Source: Alphaproteobacteria bacterium
GTDB taxonomy: Bacteria; Pseudomonadota; Alphaproteobacteria; SP197
NCBI GenBank assembly: GCA_965228895.1
Contig: OZ245842.1
Location: 5,464,409-5,528,408, forward strand
Length of the DNA stretch: 64,000 nucleotides
Direction: 5' to 3'
In this document: positions 48,111 through 57,792 of the stretch, in pieces
Numbering within the stretch: position 1 is the stretch's first letter
How the letters are laid out: the number at the start of each line of letters is the position of its first letter
Notes under the pieces: generated by a model
What the model saw: the letters and a program-made list of their open reading frames with translations, nothing else
What the model was told of the DNA's origin: nothing
Databases searched by the model: none
Program-made: the position numbers and the translations under genes

Positions 48111-48782
48111 ATGATCGAGTTTCTACTTGCCCTGGCCGTCTTCCTGGCCGCGCATGTATTGCCGGCGGCAACCGGGTTGCGGGAACGGCTGATCGATCGC
48201 CTGGGCCGGCGAGCCTATTTGACCGGCTATTCCATCGTATCGCTGCTGACCCTTGCCTGGCTGATCAGCGCCGCGCTTCGGGCACCCTATATAGGCCTGT
48301 GGTCAACCGGACCGGTGACAGCGCTGGTGCCGATCGTCGCCATGCTGCCGGCGTGCATTCTGGCGGCCGGCGCGGCGACACGACCGAACCCGCTCTCGAT
48401 AAGCTTCGTGGCTGGCCAGACCGACGCTCAGAACCCAGGCGTCCTGGCAGTCGTGCGCCATCCGATCCTTTGGGCGTTCTTTCTGTGGGCGGCGAGCCAC
48501 GCCATCGCCAACGGTGACCTCGTGGCGCTGATCCTGTTCGGCGGCTTTGCGCTGTTCAGCCTCGCCAGCATGGGACGTATGGAACGGCGCGCGCAGAAGA
48601 CACTTTCGCCAGAAGAGTTCGCGGCGGCGATGGCGTTGTCGCGGGGCAGCCTATCGGACCGGATACGCCGAGCCGTGTCGGTGCGTACCGCCCTTGAGGT
48701 TGTTGCCGGTGTCGTACTGTTCGGCGTTCTGATGGTCCTGCACGGACCCGTCATCGGTATCTATCCGCTAGCACTCGTCTAG
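48111..48782 (+). CDS. nnrU: NnrU family membrane protein
   Basis: VFLAAH, YSIVSL, RHPILWAFFLWAASHAIANGD, HGPVIG. Confidence 0.82.
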   Translation: MIEFLLALAVFLAAHVLPAATGLRERLIDRLGRRAYLTGYSIVSLLTLAWLISAALRAPYIGLWSTGPVTALVPIVAMLPACILAAGAATRPNPLSISFVAGQTDAQNPGVLAVVRHPILWAFFLWAASHAIANGDLVALILFGGFALFSLASMGRMERRAQKTLSPEEFAAAMALSRGSLSDRIRRAVSVRTALEVVAGVVLFGVLMVLHGPVIGIYPLALV

Positions 48783-48949
48783 CTCATCATCGGCCAACAC
48801 CTTAAGGCGGCGGTTGTGGTCGCGCGCATTGTGTCGCGTCTGCGGTCTCGGCTAAGACTGGCGGTGGGGATTTTGCTTTTGTGATTTTGATGAGGCTGGC
48901 CGCGATCTTGACCTGATGTCAAAGGCCGGCGTGGTGGGGGATTTTGGGA

Positions 48950-50071
48950 ATGACGGACGACGTGCCTGCGAAGGACACCAAGAACGGCGTCGATGTCGTA
49001 GCGATCGATATCGCCATTCGCCTGACGCTGGTCGGCTTGCTGGCCTATTGGTCGCTGATTCTGATCGGCCCCTTCATCACAATCGTGACCTGGGGCGTGA
49101 TCCTGGCGGTCGCCCTGTTCCCGACGTTCGAATGGCTACGCCGCGTCTTGTGGGGCAGGGGCGCGCTGACGGCGGTTGTGATGACCGTCGTGTTCCTGCT
49201 GATCATCATCGGTCCGGTGAGTTTTCTTGCCGTGGCCCTGGCCGAGAACGTGACAGACTTGGCGGCGAGCCTTGAGGCCGGCACGCTCGAGGTGCCGCCG
49301 CCCGGCGAAGGCGTCAAGGGCTGGCCGGTGATCGGCGAGAAGCTCTATCAGTTCTGGTTACAGGCGTCTGTCAACCTGCAGGACACGCTGGCGACGGTCG
49401 CGCCCGACCTTAAACATCTGGCGACGGCCTTGCTCGGGTTCGTCGCCAATGTGGGTCTTGATGTCCTGAAGTTCATCGCCTCGGTCATCATCGCGGGCTG
49501 TCTGTTTGTTCCCGGCATTCGGCTCGCTGGCGGCTTCGGCGCGTTCGCCGAGCGCATCTCGGTCAAGCGCGGCAAGCCCTTCGTCGCCCTGGGTGCGGCG
49601 ACCATCCGCAACGTCGCGCGCGGCGTCATCGGCATCTCGCTTATCCAATCGCTCTTGCTGGGTGTCGGCATGCTGGTCGCCGGCGTGCCGGCGGCCGGCA
49701 TCCTGGCGCTGATCTGCCTTTTCCTCGGCATCATCCAGATCGGCCCGGCCATCGTCATAATTGGCACGCTGATCTGGGCGTGGTCGGAGCTGGGCACGGT
49801 GAGCGCGCTGATCTTCACGCTCTACATGATCCCCGCGACCTTCCTGGACAACGTCTTGAAACCCATCGTCATGTCGCGTGGGCTCTCGACGCCGATGCTG
49901 GTGATCTTCATCGGCGTGATCGGCGGCACCATGGCGCATGGCCTGATCGGCCTCTTTATCGGTCCGATCGTGCTGGCGGTCGCCTACGAGCTTATTGTCT
50001 TCTGGGTTCGCGGCGATGCCGCCGGCGCGACACCACCGTCCGGTGAGGCAGATAGTGCCGTCAATTCGTAA
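48950..50071 (+). CDS. AI-2E family transporter
   Basis: WGVILAVALFP, DNVLKP, GVIGG, GLFIGPIVLA. Confidence 0.88.
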   Translation: MTDDVPAKDTKNGVDVVAIDIAIRLTLVGLLAYWSLILIGPFITIVTWGVILAVALFPTFEWLRRVLWGRGALTAVVMTVVFLLIIIGPVSFLAVALAENVTDLAASLEAGTLEVPPPGEGVKGWPVIGEKLYQFWLQASVNLQDTLATVAPDLKHLATALLGFVANVGLDVLKFIASVIIAGCLFVPGIRLAGGFGAFAERISVKRGKPFVALGAATIRNVARGVIGISLIQSLLLGVGMLVAGVPAAGILALICLFLGIIQIGPAIVIIGTLIWAWSELGTVSALIFTLYMIPATFLDNVLKPIVMSRGLSTPMLVIFIGVIGGTMAHGLIGLFIGPIVLAVAYELIVFWVRGDAAGATPPSGEADSAVNS

Positions 50072-50137
50072 ACGATACGCACGGCCGCATCGGCGCGGGC
50101 TCACGCCCGCTGGGATTGTCACGGTCGTCGGGAAAAT

Positions 50138-50212
50138 TGGAGCGGGCGATGAGATTCGAACTCACGACCCCAACCTTGGCAAGGTTGTGCTCTACCCCTG
50201 AGCTACGCCCGC
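50138..50212 (-). tRNA. tRNA-Gly (GCC)
   Basis: Minus strand GCGGGCGTAGCTCAGGGGTAGAGCACAACCTTGCCAAGGTTGGGGTCGTGAGTTCGAATCTCATCGCCCGCTCCA; cloverleaf, encoded CCA. Confidence 0.98.
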
Positions 50213-50348
50213 ACTCCAATGGCAAGGGGGCGGTGTTTACACCATGGTACGGGCCGGAGCAAGAGCAGCGCCGGTGATCCCGGTCACCGGAATTTGAGCC
50301 TCCGGGTCGGGCCTTGTGACGGTGCGGGGCTGAGCCTAGGATCGGATT

Positions 50349-50564
50349 ATGGCTGAGCCGACAATCCAACGCGGCGGCATAGCCGGCGAAGACGAGGACG
50401 ACCCCGACCTGCGCCGCGCCGAGCGCATGGCCGCACTGATTCTAGGGATCTTCCTGCCCGTTCTGCTGGGCGTCATCGCGCTTGCCGTGGGCGGGCTGCT
50501 GCTGGCGCCCAAGGACGACTCCACCCTTGGCCTGATGCGCGCGCTGGTCTTCCGCTGCCATTGA
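50349..50564 (+). CDS. small single-TM hypothetical protein
   Basis: Acidic N-terminus, one long hydrophobic helix, GC-rich third positions. Confidence 0.55.
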   Translation: MAEPTIQRGGIAGEDEDDPDLRRAERMAALILGIFLPVLLGVIALAVGGLLLAPKDDSTLGLMRALVFRCH

Positions 50565-50603
50565 GCAGCGGGCCGGTCATAGTCAGCTCAAAGAGCAATC
50601 GAC

Positions 50604-51209
50604 CTAGAGCAGGTCGCCCAGCGTCTTGGCCATGTCTTCCGGGCTGGTGCCGTAGGAAAAGTGGGTGACGAAATCGCCGTCCGGGCCCATCACATAGGTG
50701 ATCGACGTGTGGTCGACGAGGTAGTTCTCGCCGGTCTCGTCGTCTTCCTGGGGCGCCTTGGCCGAATAGACCTTGTAGGCCGCTTTGACCGCCTCGACCT
50801 GTTCCACCGTGCCGGTCAGCCCGACCGTTCCCGGGCGGAACCAGCCGACATAGTCCTTCACGACCTCGACGGTGTCGCGCTCGGGATCGACGGTGATGAA
50901 GACCGGCTGCACCTCATCGCCGTCGTCGCCCATCATGTCGAGCGCCGTCGAGATATCCTGCAACGTGGTCGGGCAGACGTCCGGACAGAACGTGTAGCCG
51001 AAATAGATGACACTCAGCCGGTCCTCGAGCATCGATTCGTCGACCTGGCGCCCGTCCTGGTCGGTCAGTTCGAAAGGCCCGCCGATCTCGGCCGAGCCGG
51101 TCGAGGCCGTGACATCGCGGCTATCGGAGACCTCCAAGACGACAAACACGCCGGCCAGGACTAGAAAGGTGACCAGGCCGGAAATCAGGAAGATGCTGCG
51201 TGGTTTCAT
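50604..51209 (-). CDS. SCO1/SenC family copper chaperone
   Basis: IGGPFELTD, FGYTFCPDVCP, ITVDPERD, YLVDH. Confidence 0.94.
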   Translation of the reverse strand: MKPRSIFLISGLVTFLVLAGVFVVLEVSDSRDVTASTGSAEIGGPFELTDQDGRQVDESMLEDRLSVIYFGYTFCPDVCPTTLQDISTALDMMGDDGDEVQPVFITVDPERDTVEVVKDYVGWFRPGTVGLTGTVEQVEAVKAAYKVYSAKAPQEDDETGENYLVDHTSITYVMGPDGDFVTHFSYGTSPEDMAKTLGDLL

Positions 51210-51286
51210 GGCACCCAGAATATGGTTTCGCCCCGCCCTAACCTCAACCGTAGACAGCGGGTTCTGCGGTCCTTATATCCGCGCCC

Positions 51287-51796
51287 ATGCCTGCGACACC
51301 CGATGACATCTTCGCCCGGTTCGACGACCTGGGCATCAACCACGAGACTCACGAGCATCCACCAGTCTTCACGGTGGAAGAGGCGCGCGAACATTGCGGC
51401 CATCTGCCCGGCTGTCACAACAAGAACCTTTTTGTGAAAGATAAAAAGGACGTGTTGTGGCTGATCGTCGCGCGCGACGATGCGCCGATACGCCTTAACC
51501 AACTGGAAAAGGAAATTGGCGCCAAACGGCTGTCGTTCGGCAAACCGGACCTTTTGATGGAGATTCTGGGTGTCATCCCCGGCGCGGTGACGCCGTTCGG
51601 CTTGATCAACGACACCGAGGTTCGGGTGAATGTCATCCTGGACGAAACGATGATGGCGGCCGATCTCGTCAACTTCCATCCTCTGAGCAATGACCGCACG
51701 ACGGCGCTCACGCCCGCGGATTTGCTGCGCTTCATTGAGAGCTGTGGGCACCAGCCTCGCGTGATGAATGTCGACGCGGTTGTGCAGGAGAGCTAG
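51287..51796 (+). CDS. YbaK/ProX (PrdX) aminoacyl-tRNA deacylase
   Basis: HPPVFTVEE, KNLFVKDKK, PGAVTPFGLIND, NFHPL. Confidence 0.9.
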   Translation: MPATPDDIFARFDDLGINHETHEHPPVFTVEEAREHCGHLPGCHNKNLFVKDKKDVLWLIVARDDAPIRLNQLEKEIGAKRLSFGKPDLLMEILGVIPGAVTPFGLINDTEVRVNVILDETMMAADLVNFHPLSNDRTTALTPADLLRFIESCGHQPRVMNVDAVVQES

Positions 51797-51805
51797 CGCT
51801 GCGGC

Positions 51806-51834
51806 CTTGTTTCATGGCGCTGAACGGCCCATCT
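51806..51834 (+). promoter_or_regulatory. putative RpoH (sigma32) promoter
   Basis: CTTG-N18-CCCATCT upstream of the ybbN/cnoX-like gene; resembles the alphaproteobacterial RpoH consensus. Confidence 0.5.
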
Positions 51835-51879
51835 TGCGGACAGGATGTGTAACCTTTTGAGACGAGTGGGAATTGAACC

Positions 51880-52806
51880 ATGGCCATGATCATTGGCGAA
51901 GGCGGCGGTCAGGGGCCGGACGGCCCGGCGGCGGGGCCGGCGGGCGACGTGATCAAGGACGCGACGACGGAGAGCTTCCAGGCCGACGTGCTGGAAGCGT
52001 CGATGGAGCAGCCGGTCATCGTCGATCTATGGGCGCCATGGTGCGAGCCGTGTAAACAGCTTCAGCCGGCGCTGGAGAAGGTCGTCGCCAAGGCCGGCGG
52101 CAAGATCCGCTTGGTCAAGGTCAACATCGACGAAGAACAGCAGATCGCCCAGGCGCTGCGGGTCCAGTCGATCCCGGCGGTCTTCGCCTTCGACAAGGGC
52201 CAGCCGGTCGACGGGTTTGTCGGCGCCCAATCGGAAAGCCAGATCAAAGCCTTTGTCGAACGCCTGATCGGCCCGGTGGGACCATCGCCGGTGGATCAGG
52301 CGCTGGAGCAGGCCCAGGCTGCCCTGGAAGCCGAGGATTTCGGCCAGGCCGCCGCCGTCTTCCAACAGGTCATGCAGCATGAGCCCGGCAATGTCGACGC
52401 CCTGGCTGGCCTGGGACGCGCCATGATCGGGCTCGGCAACGTCGACGACGTCCGCGAGCTGATCGATAGCCTGGACGAGGCGACCCGCGCCGACGACCGT
52501 ATCCACGGCCTGATCGCCCAGCTCGACCTGTTGTCGGAAGGGGCGACCGATCTGGCGCCGCTGAACGCGCGTATCGCCGCCGACGAGAACGATCACGAGG
52601 CGCGGTTCGAGTTGGCCAAGGCGCTTGCCGCCATGAACAAGCGCGACGAGGCGGTCGATGCCTTGATCGGCATCATCGAACGCAAGCGCGACTGGAACGA
52701 CGAGGCCGCGCGCAAGGAGCTGATCAAATTCTTCGAGGCGTTCGGGCCAACCGATCCGGCAACCGTCGAAGGCCGTAAGAAATTGTCGGCGGCCTGGTTT
52801 TCGTAA
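51880..52806 (+). CDS. ybbN: thioredoxin-TPR co-chaperone (YbbN/CnoX)
   Basis: WAPWCEPCKQL, VQSIP, C-terminal TPR with WNDEAARKEL and GRKKLS. Confidence 0.9.
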   Translation: MAMIIGEGGGQGPDGPAAGPAGDVIKDATTESFQADVLEASMEQPVIVDLWAPWCEPCKQLQPALEKVVAKAGGKIRLVKVNIDEEQQIAQALRVQSIPAVFAFDKGQPVDGFVGAQSESQIKAFVERLIGPVGPSPVDQALEQAQAALEAEDFGQAAAVFQQVMQHEPGNVDALAGLGRAMIGLGNVDDVRELIDSLDEATRADDRIHGLIAQLDLLSEGATDLAPLNARIAADENDHEARFELAKALAAMNKRDEAVDALIGIIERKRDWNDEAARKELIKFFEAFGPTDPATVEGRKKLSAAWFS

Positions 52807-52852
52807 GGGCGCCGCGAACGTCCCGGATCCTCCGACCTCGGAGCATAGCCTG

Positions 52853-53515
52853 ATGGCGGGCCTGCCCTTCTACCGATCGATCCAGCAACTGCCCCATCGC
52901 CTGGCGATCTTTCCGCTGCCGGGCGCCTTGCTGCTGCCGCGCGGCACACTGCCGCTCAACATCTTCGAGCCGCGCTATATCGCCATGTTCGACGATGCGC
53001 TCACGACATCGCGGCTGATCGGCATGGTGCAGCCGAACGAGGACTCGCCCGATGTCGGCGCCGCGTCGACCTATGACATCGGCTGCGCCGGGCGCATTAC
53101 CCAGTTCCAGGAAACCGATGACGGCCGTTATGTGCTGACGCTGACCGGCGTGGCGCGGTTCACCATCGCCCGCGAGCTGCCGCAGACCGATAGCGGGTTT
53201 CGTGTGGTGTCGCCCGATTTCGAGCTGTTCGCCGACGATCTCGACGCGACGGCGGGGACGGGACTGATCGATCGCGACGAGATCCTTCAGCACCTGAAGA
53301 GTTTTTTCACCAGCCGCGGCATCGATGCCAATTGGGACGCCATCGAACAGGCTGACGACGAAAGCCTGGTGACGGCGCTTTCCATGGTGTGCCCGTTCGA
53401 ACCCAGCGAGAAGCAGGCGCTCCTAGAAGCGCGCGACCTCAAGAGCCGCGCCGATACCTTGCTTGCACTGCTTCAGATGGGTGGCGACAGCCCCGGTAGT
53501 CTGTCGCCGCAGTAG
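52853..53515 (+). CDS. LON peptidase substrate-binding domain protein
   Basis: IFPLPGALLLP, LPLNIFEPRY, GCAGRI, EKQALLEA. Confidence 0.92.
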   Translation: MAGLPFYRSIQQLPHRLAIFPLPGALLLPRGTLPLNIFEPRYIAMFDDALTTSRLIGMVQPNEDSPDVGAASTYDIGCAGRITQFQETDDGRYVLTLTGVARFTIARELPQTDSGFRVVSPDFELFADDLDATAGTGLIDRDEILQHLKSFFTSRGIDANWDAIEQADDESLVTALSMVCPFEPSEKQALLEARDLKSRADTLLALLQMGGDSPGSLSPQ

Positions 53516-53526
53516 ACGCGGGCACC

Positions 53527-53559
53527 GTTTCGGCCCACATAGTTTGCCGAAACTTTTTT
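53527..53559 (+). terminator. terminator-like hairpin between the LON_N and Trm112 genes
   Basis: GTTTCGGC/GCCGAAAC 8-bp stem followed by T6. Confidence 0.5.
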
Positions 53560-53576
53560 GACACGAGGAACCGCCC

Positions 53577-53765
53577 ATGGCCGAGACGGGTGTCGATCCC
53601 AAACTGCTTGAAATCCTGGTCTGTCCGCTGACCAAAGGGCCGCTGCGTTATGACGCCGATGCCCAGGAACTGATCAGTGAGCAGGCGGGCCTTGCCTTCC
53701 CGATCCGCGACGGCATACCGATCATGCTGGTCGACGAAGCCCGCCGGCTCGACGACGAGACATGA
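53577..53765 (+). CDS. Trm112 family protein (YcaR-like)
   Basis: [28 protein letters not shown]. Confidence 0.93.
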   Translation: MAETGVDPKLLEILVCPLTKGPLRYDADAQELISEQAGLAFPIRDGIPIMLVDEARRLDDET

Positions 53766-54140
53766 CGGGCGCCGCCGAACCGACCGCGCACTGGCCGGTC
53801 GTGATCAAGGTCAGAAGCGCGGAAAAAGGTGCTGGAGATCGTCTACGACGACGACAAGGCCTTTGCCTTGCCGGCCGAGCTGCTGCGGGTCGAAAGCCCG
53901 TCCGCCGAGGTCAAGGGCCATGGCGTCGGCCAGAAGCGCATCATTCCCGGACGCCGTCATGTCGGCATCATGGAGGTCGAGCCGGTCGGCAACTACGCCA
54001 TCAAGATCAAATTCGACGACCTGCACGACACCGGGATCTTCTCCTGGAACTACCTGCGCCATCTCGGCGAGAATCAGACGACGATCTGGCAGACCTATCT
54101 CGACAAGCTCGCCGAGCAGGGCCTGAGCCGCGATCCCTGA
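53762..54140 (+). pseudogene. DUF971 (GBBH-like N-terminal) protein with +1 frameshift, probably an artefact
   Basis: Frame 1 gives WPVVIKVRSAEK; the next frame gives VLEIVYDD...AELLRVESPSAEVKGH...VGNYA...HDTGIFSW; junction in the A5 run at 53823-53827. Confidence 0.8.
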
Positions 54141-54164
54141 GGTCCCGATCCCGCCGCGGATCCC

Positions 54165-54323
54165 CCCTCTCCCCTTGAGGGAGAGGGCCGGGGTGAGGGG
54201 CCGCGCGCAAGCGCGTAGAGAAATCTGCGGCTTTGTTTGCTGAGTTGACACCCCCTCACCCAGCTTCGGCTACGGCGCTGCCGCGCCCAAGCCTGCGCAT
54301 CCCTCTCCCTCAAGGGGAGAGGG
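54165..54323. repeat. CCCTCTCCC-type palindromic repeat element (REP/MITE-like)
   Basis: Perfect 23-bp terminal inverted repeat CCCTCTCCCCTTGAGGGAGAGGG (54165-54187 / 54301-54323); inner GGGTGAGGGG/CCCCTCACCC; lies between convergent genes. Confidence 0.8.
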
Positions 54324-54335
54324 AAGGTGATATGG

Positions 54336-56001
54336 CTACTCCGCGGCGATCGAATAGGCGCGGTCGGCCTCTTCCTGCGTGAACAGGCCGTCGGCGAGGT
54401 CGCGGTCGATAGCCGTGCGGTCGCGGCCGGCCGGGTCGCCATAGCCGCCGCCGCCGCCCAGATGGATGGTCAGCAGGTCGCCGCGTCTCAAGACATTCGC
54501 GTCCTTGGATTTGACCGGGATGATCTCCTCGCCACGCTTGATCTCGCAGCGTCCGCGCTGACCCTCCGAGCCGCCGAAAAGGCCGGCGGGTGCGATGCGG
54601 AAACGGTCGGCGTAGACCGCGAAACTGACCTCGTTCTTCAGGATCTCATAGGTCCGTGAAAAAGCCGATGCCGCCCCTATGCTTGCCATGGCCGCAGGTA
54701 TCGGGCGCGAGCGCGTAATCGGTGACGCGGAAATAGTCGTACTCCATGTCGAGCGCCTCGACCGGCGTGTTCGAGCAGTTGGAGAGCGGGCTGTCGACGG
54801 CGTCGCAGCCATCCTGCTCGGCTGAAGCGCCGTAACCGCCGCCGAAGACCTCGACATAGACCCGGTAGCCGTCCTGACCCAGATGCGACAGCGCGAAGAC
54901 GCTTGTCGTGTCGAAACCGCAGGCGATGACCTTCTCCGGCACCACCTGGGCAAGCGCCTTCATGACCGCGTTGAAGACGCGATAGCCGGCTTCCATGCGC
55001 GCGCGCACCGGCGCCGGCGGTTTGGGGTTCAGGATCGAACCATAGGGCGCGGTGATCGTGAACGGGCGCTTCATGCCTTCGTTGAACGGGATGTCGGCGC
55101 TGGTCAGCACCGACTTCACGCAGCTCAAGGCGGCCGAGATGGTCGAGGAGAACGGGCTATTGAGGTTGCGGTTCACCTGATCGCAGGTGCCGTCGAAGGT
55201 AATGGTGACCTGATCGCCGGCGATCGTCAGCTGGCTCTTGATGACGAGCGGGTCGTCGGTGATGCCATCGTCGTCGATCGCGTCTTCACCTTCATAGGTG
55301 CCATCGGGCACGGCGGCGATCGCCGCGCGCACGCGCCGTTCGGAATAGTCGAGCAGTTCGGCCATGGCCTCCTTCACCGCATCGACACCAAACTTGGCGG
55401 CCAGCTCGCGCATGCGCAGACCGCCGATGGCATTGGCGGCGAACTGGGCGTTGAAGTCGCCGATGGTCAATTGCGGCACGCGGATGTTGGCGGCGACCAG
55501 GCGCTCGAACGGTCCGCCGTTCCAGTCGCGCTCCATGTTGTAGCGCGCCGGCGGAATGATCAGGCCTTCCTGATAGACGTCGCTTGCCGCGGCGTTCAGC
55601 CCTGGCGCACCACCGCCCAGATCCAGGTGATGGGCGACCGACGCGCCGAAGCCGATGACCTCGCCCTCAAAGAACACCGGCGTGAAGATGAAGACGTCGG
55701 GAATGTGTTGGCCGCCATGGAAGGGGTCGTTGGTGATGTAGAAATCGCCCTCGACCAGTTCGTCGACGGGATGGCGTTCGGCGCAGGGCAGAAAGGTCGC
55801 GCGCATGGGACCAAGCTGCATGGGAATGAGTTCGGCCTGGGCGACCACATTGCCGTCCCGGTCCATCAGGGCCGCCGAACCGTCCTGGGCCTCGCGCAGA
55901 ATGGTCGAGTACGCGCTCCTGATCAGCTTGGCGCCCATTTCGCGGGCGCCGGCCAGAAGCCCTTGGCTGATAACGGCATAGTCGACGGGGTCGAGCGCCA
56001 T
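54336..56001 (-). pseudogene. hydantoinase B/oxoprolinase subunit with +1 frameshift, probably an artefact
   Basis: NDPFHGGQHIPD, HHLDLGG, QEGL; frame ends GIGFFTDL*, while the C-terminus SRTYEILK...GGGGGYGDP continues in another frame; junction in the A5 run at 54659-54663. Confidence 0.85.
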
Positions 56002-56020
56002 GGTTCTCTCCTTAAGATTC

Positions 56021-57709
56021 CTATTCGGCGGCGTCCGGAACGCCATGATAGCGCATGGCGGCCTTGGGGCTGACATAACCGTCTTCAAGGTCGCGGCGCA
56101 CGTTGTCGCGGTCCCGGTCGTCCGGTTCGCCGTAACCGGCGCCGCCGCCGGTGAAGATGGTGAGGATGTCACCTGCCTTCAGCGGCACGATACCCTTGGA
56201 CGCGACGTCCAGGACCTCGCCGTCCCGCTCAATGATGCAGCGCGCCGTCTCGCCCGCCATGCCGCCGAAGAGGCCTTGCGCCGCGAGCTTGAAACGGTCG
56301 GCATACATGGTGAGCGCCGAGCCGTCCTTCAGGATCTCATAGCGCCGCATATAGCCGAGCCCGCCGCGATGGCGCCCGGCGCCGGCGCTGTCGGTCCGGA
56401 GTGCATAGTCGGTCATGCGGAAGAAATCGTAATCCAGGTCGAGCGCCTCGACCGGTGTGTTCGTGCAGTTGGCGAGCGGCCCGCCGACGGCGCTGACACC
56501 GTCGAGATCCTTGGACGCACCGTAACCGCCACCCAGAACCTCGACGATCACCCGGTAACGCTCACCGTCGAAATGGGTCATGGAAAGCGCCGTCGTCGTG
56601 TCGTAGCCGGTGGCGATGACCTTGTCCGGTACCGCCTCGGCCAGCGCCTTCATGACCGCGTTGAAAACGCGGTAGCAGGCGAGCATACGCGCGTGGACCG
56701 GCGCCGGCGGTTTTGGGTTGAGGAGCGAGCCATAAGGCGCCTCGACCGTGAACGGGCGTTTCATACCCTCGTTGAACGGGATGTCGGCGCTGGTCAGGAC
56801 CGCCTTGAGCGCCGTGAACGCAGCGGAGAAGGTCGACGAACGCGGGCTGTTCAGGTTCCGCGTCACCTGATCGCTGGTGCCGGCAAGATCGACATGGGCG
56901 CTATCGCCCTTGATGGTAACGGCGGCGCGGATCAAGAGCGGTTCGTCGGAAACACCATCGTCGTCGATCCGGTCCTCGCCCCGATAGGTGCCGTCGGGTA
57001 CCGCCTGGATCGCCGCGCGCACGCGCCGTTCGGAATAAGCCATCAGTTCCTGCATGGCGGCATCAAGGTCATCGGCGCCGTACTTCGCCGCGAGTTCCTT
57101 CAGCCTGAGCGCGCCGACACCGTTGGCAGCGAACTGGGCGTCGAAATCGCCCATGGTGAGCTGGGGCACGCGGATGTTGCTGGCGATCAGCCGGTGCAGC
57201 GGTCCGCCATGCCAGTCGCGCGCCATGTTGTAGCGCCCGGGCGGGATCCTGAGGCCCTCCTGATAGATATCGGTGGCCCCGGCGTTGATGCCGGGCGCGC
57301 CGCCGCCGAACTCCAAGTGGTGGGCGACCGAGGCGGCGAAGCCGATGACCGCGTCTTCGAAGAACACCGGGGAGAAGATGAAGACATCGGGCAGGTGCTG
57401 GGCGCCGTTATAGGGATCGTTGGAGATGTAGAAATCGCCCTCGACCAACGTCTCGATCGGATCGAGCGCGGCGCAGGCGGCAAGCGTCGCCTTCATGGAG
57501 CCCAGCTGCATGGGGATCATCTCGGCCTGGGCGACCACGTTACCCTGCCGGTCCATCAGGGCCGCCGAGGCATCGGCCGCCTCCCGCACCACCGTCGAAA
57601 AGGCCGAACGCACGAGTTTCGCACCCATCTCGCGTGCCGCGGCGATCAGGCCCTGGCTGATCACGGCGTAGTCGACGGGGTCCAGGGAATGGGGTGCGTG
57701 GCCGGTCAT
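56021..57709 (-). CDS. hydantoinase B/oxoprolinase family subunit (tandem paralog)
   Basis: RSAFSTVVRE, NDPYNGAQHLPD, QEGLRIPP, TGGGAGYG. Confidence 0.92.
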   Translation of the reverse strand: MTGHAPHSLDPVDYAVISQGLIAAAREMGAKLVRSAFSTVVREAADASAALMDRQGNVVAQAEMIPMQLGSMKATLAACAALDPIETLVEGDFYISNDPYNGAQHLPDVFIFSPVFFEDAVIGFAASVAHHLEFGGGAPGINAGATDIYQEGLRIPPGRYNMARDWHGGPLHRLIASNIRVPQLTMGDFDAQFAANGVGALRLKELAAKYGADDLDAAMQELMAYSERRVRAAIQAVPDGTYRGEDRIDDDGVSDEPLLIRAAVTIKGDSAHVDLAGTSDQVTRNLNSPRSSTFSAAFTALKAVLTSADIPFNEGMKRPFTVEAPYGSLLNPKPPAPVHARMLACYRVFNAVMKALAEAVPDKVIATGYDTTTALSMTHFDGERYRVIVEVLGGGYGASKDLDGVSAVGGPLANCTNTPVEALDLDYDFFRMTDYALRTDSAGAGRHRGGLGYMRRYEILKDGSALTMYADRFKLAAQGLFGGMAGETARCIIERDGEVLDVASKGIVPLKAGDILTIFTGGGAGYGEPDDRDRDNVRRDLEDGYVSPKAAMRYHGVPDAAE

Positions 57710-57792
57710 GGTGCGCCATCCTACAACATCGCTTTACCTGAAGCCCATCGCGGCGTAGCCATGGGGTGGTCCAGCACCAAGGCATCGTCGTC

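Noticed and set aside
48908-48922. TTGAC-N5-GTCAA palindrome upstream of the AI-2E transporter gene
   Set aside because: The spacer is one base longer than an FNR box; no factor can be assigned, so it is not called.
50071-50212. tRNA-Gly as an island integration site
   Set aside because: No integrase and no duplicate of the tRNA 3' end seen in the window.
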